The notes beneath the pieces were generated by a model. The model saw only the letters and a list, made by a program, of their open reading frames with translations, had not been told where the DNA came from and ran no database searches. Positions 62,538 through 64,000 of a stretch of DNA of 64,000 bases are shown here, piece after piece. Source of the stretch: Patellaria atrata CBS 101060 (taxonomy: Eukaryota); assembly GCA_010093705.1 (NCBI GenBank), contig MU006089.1:2467561-2531560 (forward strand). The letters run 5' to 3'. Each line of letters begins with the position of its first letter. Position 1 is the stretch's first letter. Position numbers and translations under genes: made by a program.

Positions 62538-64000
62538 TTAGAAATTGTGGTTGCTGTTGTTACCCCAGCCACGGCCACGAGGGTGGACAGAAGGTCGAGA
62601 TGAAGAGGAGCGGGCGGAGATGGAAGGAGACGGATCTATTTGTACAGCGTACTTGCTGCTCATTATGCCGGCGCCAGTGGTACGGATGGAATTTTGCGGT
62701 GGTGGAATCGAAGGTATGGTTGGCCTAACGGCCGTAGACCTGACTGCATATTTGCTCGCGGCCATGCCTCTATTTAAGGTTGGAGTAGTAGAAGTAGTAT
62801 TAGTATTTGACGGCACAGTAGGGGAGGTGGAAGCGATGGGAGTAGCAAATCTGCTACTTGATAAACCTCTGCTTAGGACGGGAGTAGCTGATACCGGCGT
62901 ACGAGGCTTATCCGAATGAGCACTCGCAATAGCAGGTGCAATAATAGGTGTGGTGGTAGGTGTGGTGGCAGGTGTACCCGTATCCGACCTTAAGCTTGCC
63001 GCCGCCATAGAGTTCGAGTTGGCAGCGGGCTCGGTTTCCGTCGGAGCAGCTGTTTCCACCGGAGTCCGGGCCGGGGTGAAGTCATTTGCCTTTGGGGAGA
63101 GAGTAACTGACTTGTTCTCATTCCTATTCGGATTCTTGTGCTGTGGAATTTGTCTGGGTATGGCATATTTGCTAGCTTCCATGCCCTTGGTGTCGAATAC
63201 AGAATTGGAAGAAGGGGTGGTTGGCACTTGCACCGGTGAAGAGTGTAAGGTAGCCACGCCCGGAGCCATCCTCGGGGGAGACGCTGAATTGACTGGTGCA
63301 CTAGATGCTGACTCGGAGGTAGATGTGCTCATACAGATATCGGTTTGCACACGAACAGGATTCGGAGCCAAGCTTGGCGTCATCGATGCACTTGCTGCTG
63401 CATTTCCCTGTTCAAGTTGGTTAGGATTCCACCATGCCGGCAGAGGGAGGACAAGAGGGCGACTCACTCCATCTTTTGTGACCATGATCGGTACTGGCCC
63501 GATCACCGTCGCTTGAGGGTCGAATTCTGGTGCGAGGAGATTGCTGGATTCCGGTTTTGAGGTGGTCTTGACCGGGTCGACGCCTGTTTGCGTTGCTACC
63601 TGGTGTGTCTTACTGGTGTCCTTGTCTAGAACCACACGACTAACATATCGCATCCTCTTCGTCCGGTCGTCCCATTGCCGCACGCTTTCCAATCGTCCGC
63701 TAAACGCATGTTTGCTCTGGCTTATACCTCCGACGTCGAGGTACTCTTCGTCAGATTCCTCGTTGTCGGCGTCTTCTCGCTCCTCGGAGAACTGCTTGCT
63801 CAGCTCTTGGGCCTCGGGGTAGATTCTGTTGATGCGATCTAGGAGTTCTTGAGCATGGTTGAACCTATTTTGGGTAGAGTCAAGCTCCAATTCGCACTTC
63901 TCTAGCTGCGCTTGCGTCATCGCCGTCGATTTTTGGCTCAGCGCCAGCCTCTCCCAGTATGGCTTGACTGCAGCGGCCACTTCAGCAGCTTTCCTAGCTT
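62538..64000 (-). CDS. 5'-truncated hypothetical protein: coiled coil followed by a P/S/T-rich disordered region with repeated GxxxS[KR][YF]A motifs
   Basis: At least 480 aa open frame running off the window edge. Confidence 0.7.
   Translation of the reverse strand, partial: ARKAAEVAAAVKPYWERLALSQKSTAMTQAQLEKCELELDSTQNRFNHAQELLDRINRIYPEAQELSKQFSEEREDADNEESDEEYLDVGGISQSKHAFSGRLESVRQWDDRTKRMRYVSRVVLDKDTSKTHQVATQTGVDPVKTTSKPESSNLLAPEFDPQATVIGPVPIMVTKDGVSRPLVLPLPAWWNPNQLEQGNAAASASMTPSLAPNPVRVQTDICMSTSTSESASSAPVNSASPPRMAPGVATLHSSPVQVPTTPSSNSVFDTKGMEASKYAIPRQIPQHKNPNRNENKSVTLSPKANDFTPARTPVETAAPTETEPAANSNSMAAASLRSDTGTPATTPTTTPIIAPAIASAHSDKPRTPVSATPVLSRGLSSSRFATPIASTSPTVPSNTNTTSTTPTLNRGMAASKYAVRSTAVRPTIPSIPPPQNSIRTTGAGIMSSKYAVQIDPSPSISARSSSSRPSVHPRGRGWGNNSNHNF

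Overview
Gene-dense genomic DNA from a filamentous ascomycete (Pezizomycotina), with short GT-AG introns, CTRAY branch sites and TpA-rich relics that look RIP-mutated. The left half holds housekeeping genes (J-domain protein, LNP1, MZM1, SLT11, ERG6, FAD oxidoreductase, SDR, NCB2, DID2, CAX exchanger), a secreted GH31 glucosidase and a P450. The segment at about 35.3-54.9 kb is a complete six-gene N-acetylglucosamine uptake/catabolism/regulation cluster: deacetylase, GH3-GNAT sensor, Ndt80-family factor, hexokinase, NGT1-type transporter and deaminase. The ORF track misses several things: an intron-split U3 snoRNA (8071-8353), three box C/D snoRNAs in introns of a non-coding minus-strand host (15.05-15.9 kb) with rRNA-complementary guides, a 3-nt microexon, an intron-split start codon, and a head-to-head pair of decayed coiled-coil genes with a pore-former-like layout. 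Exon boundaries were read by eye. Family and rRNA-target assignments come from recalled motifs, not database searches.
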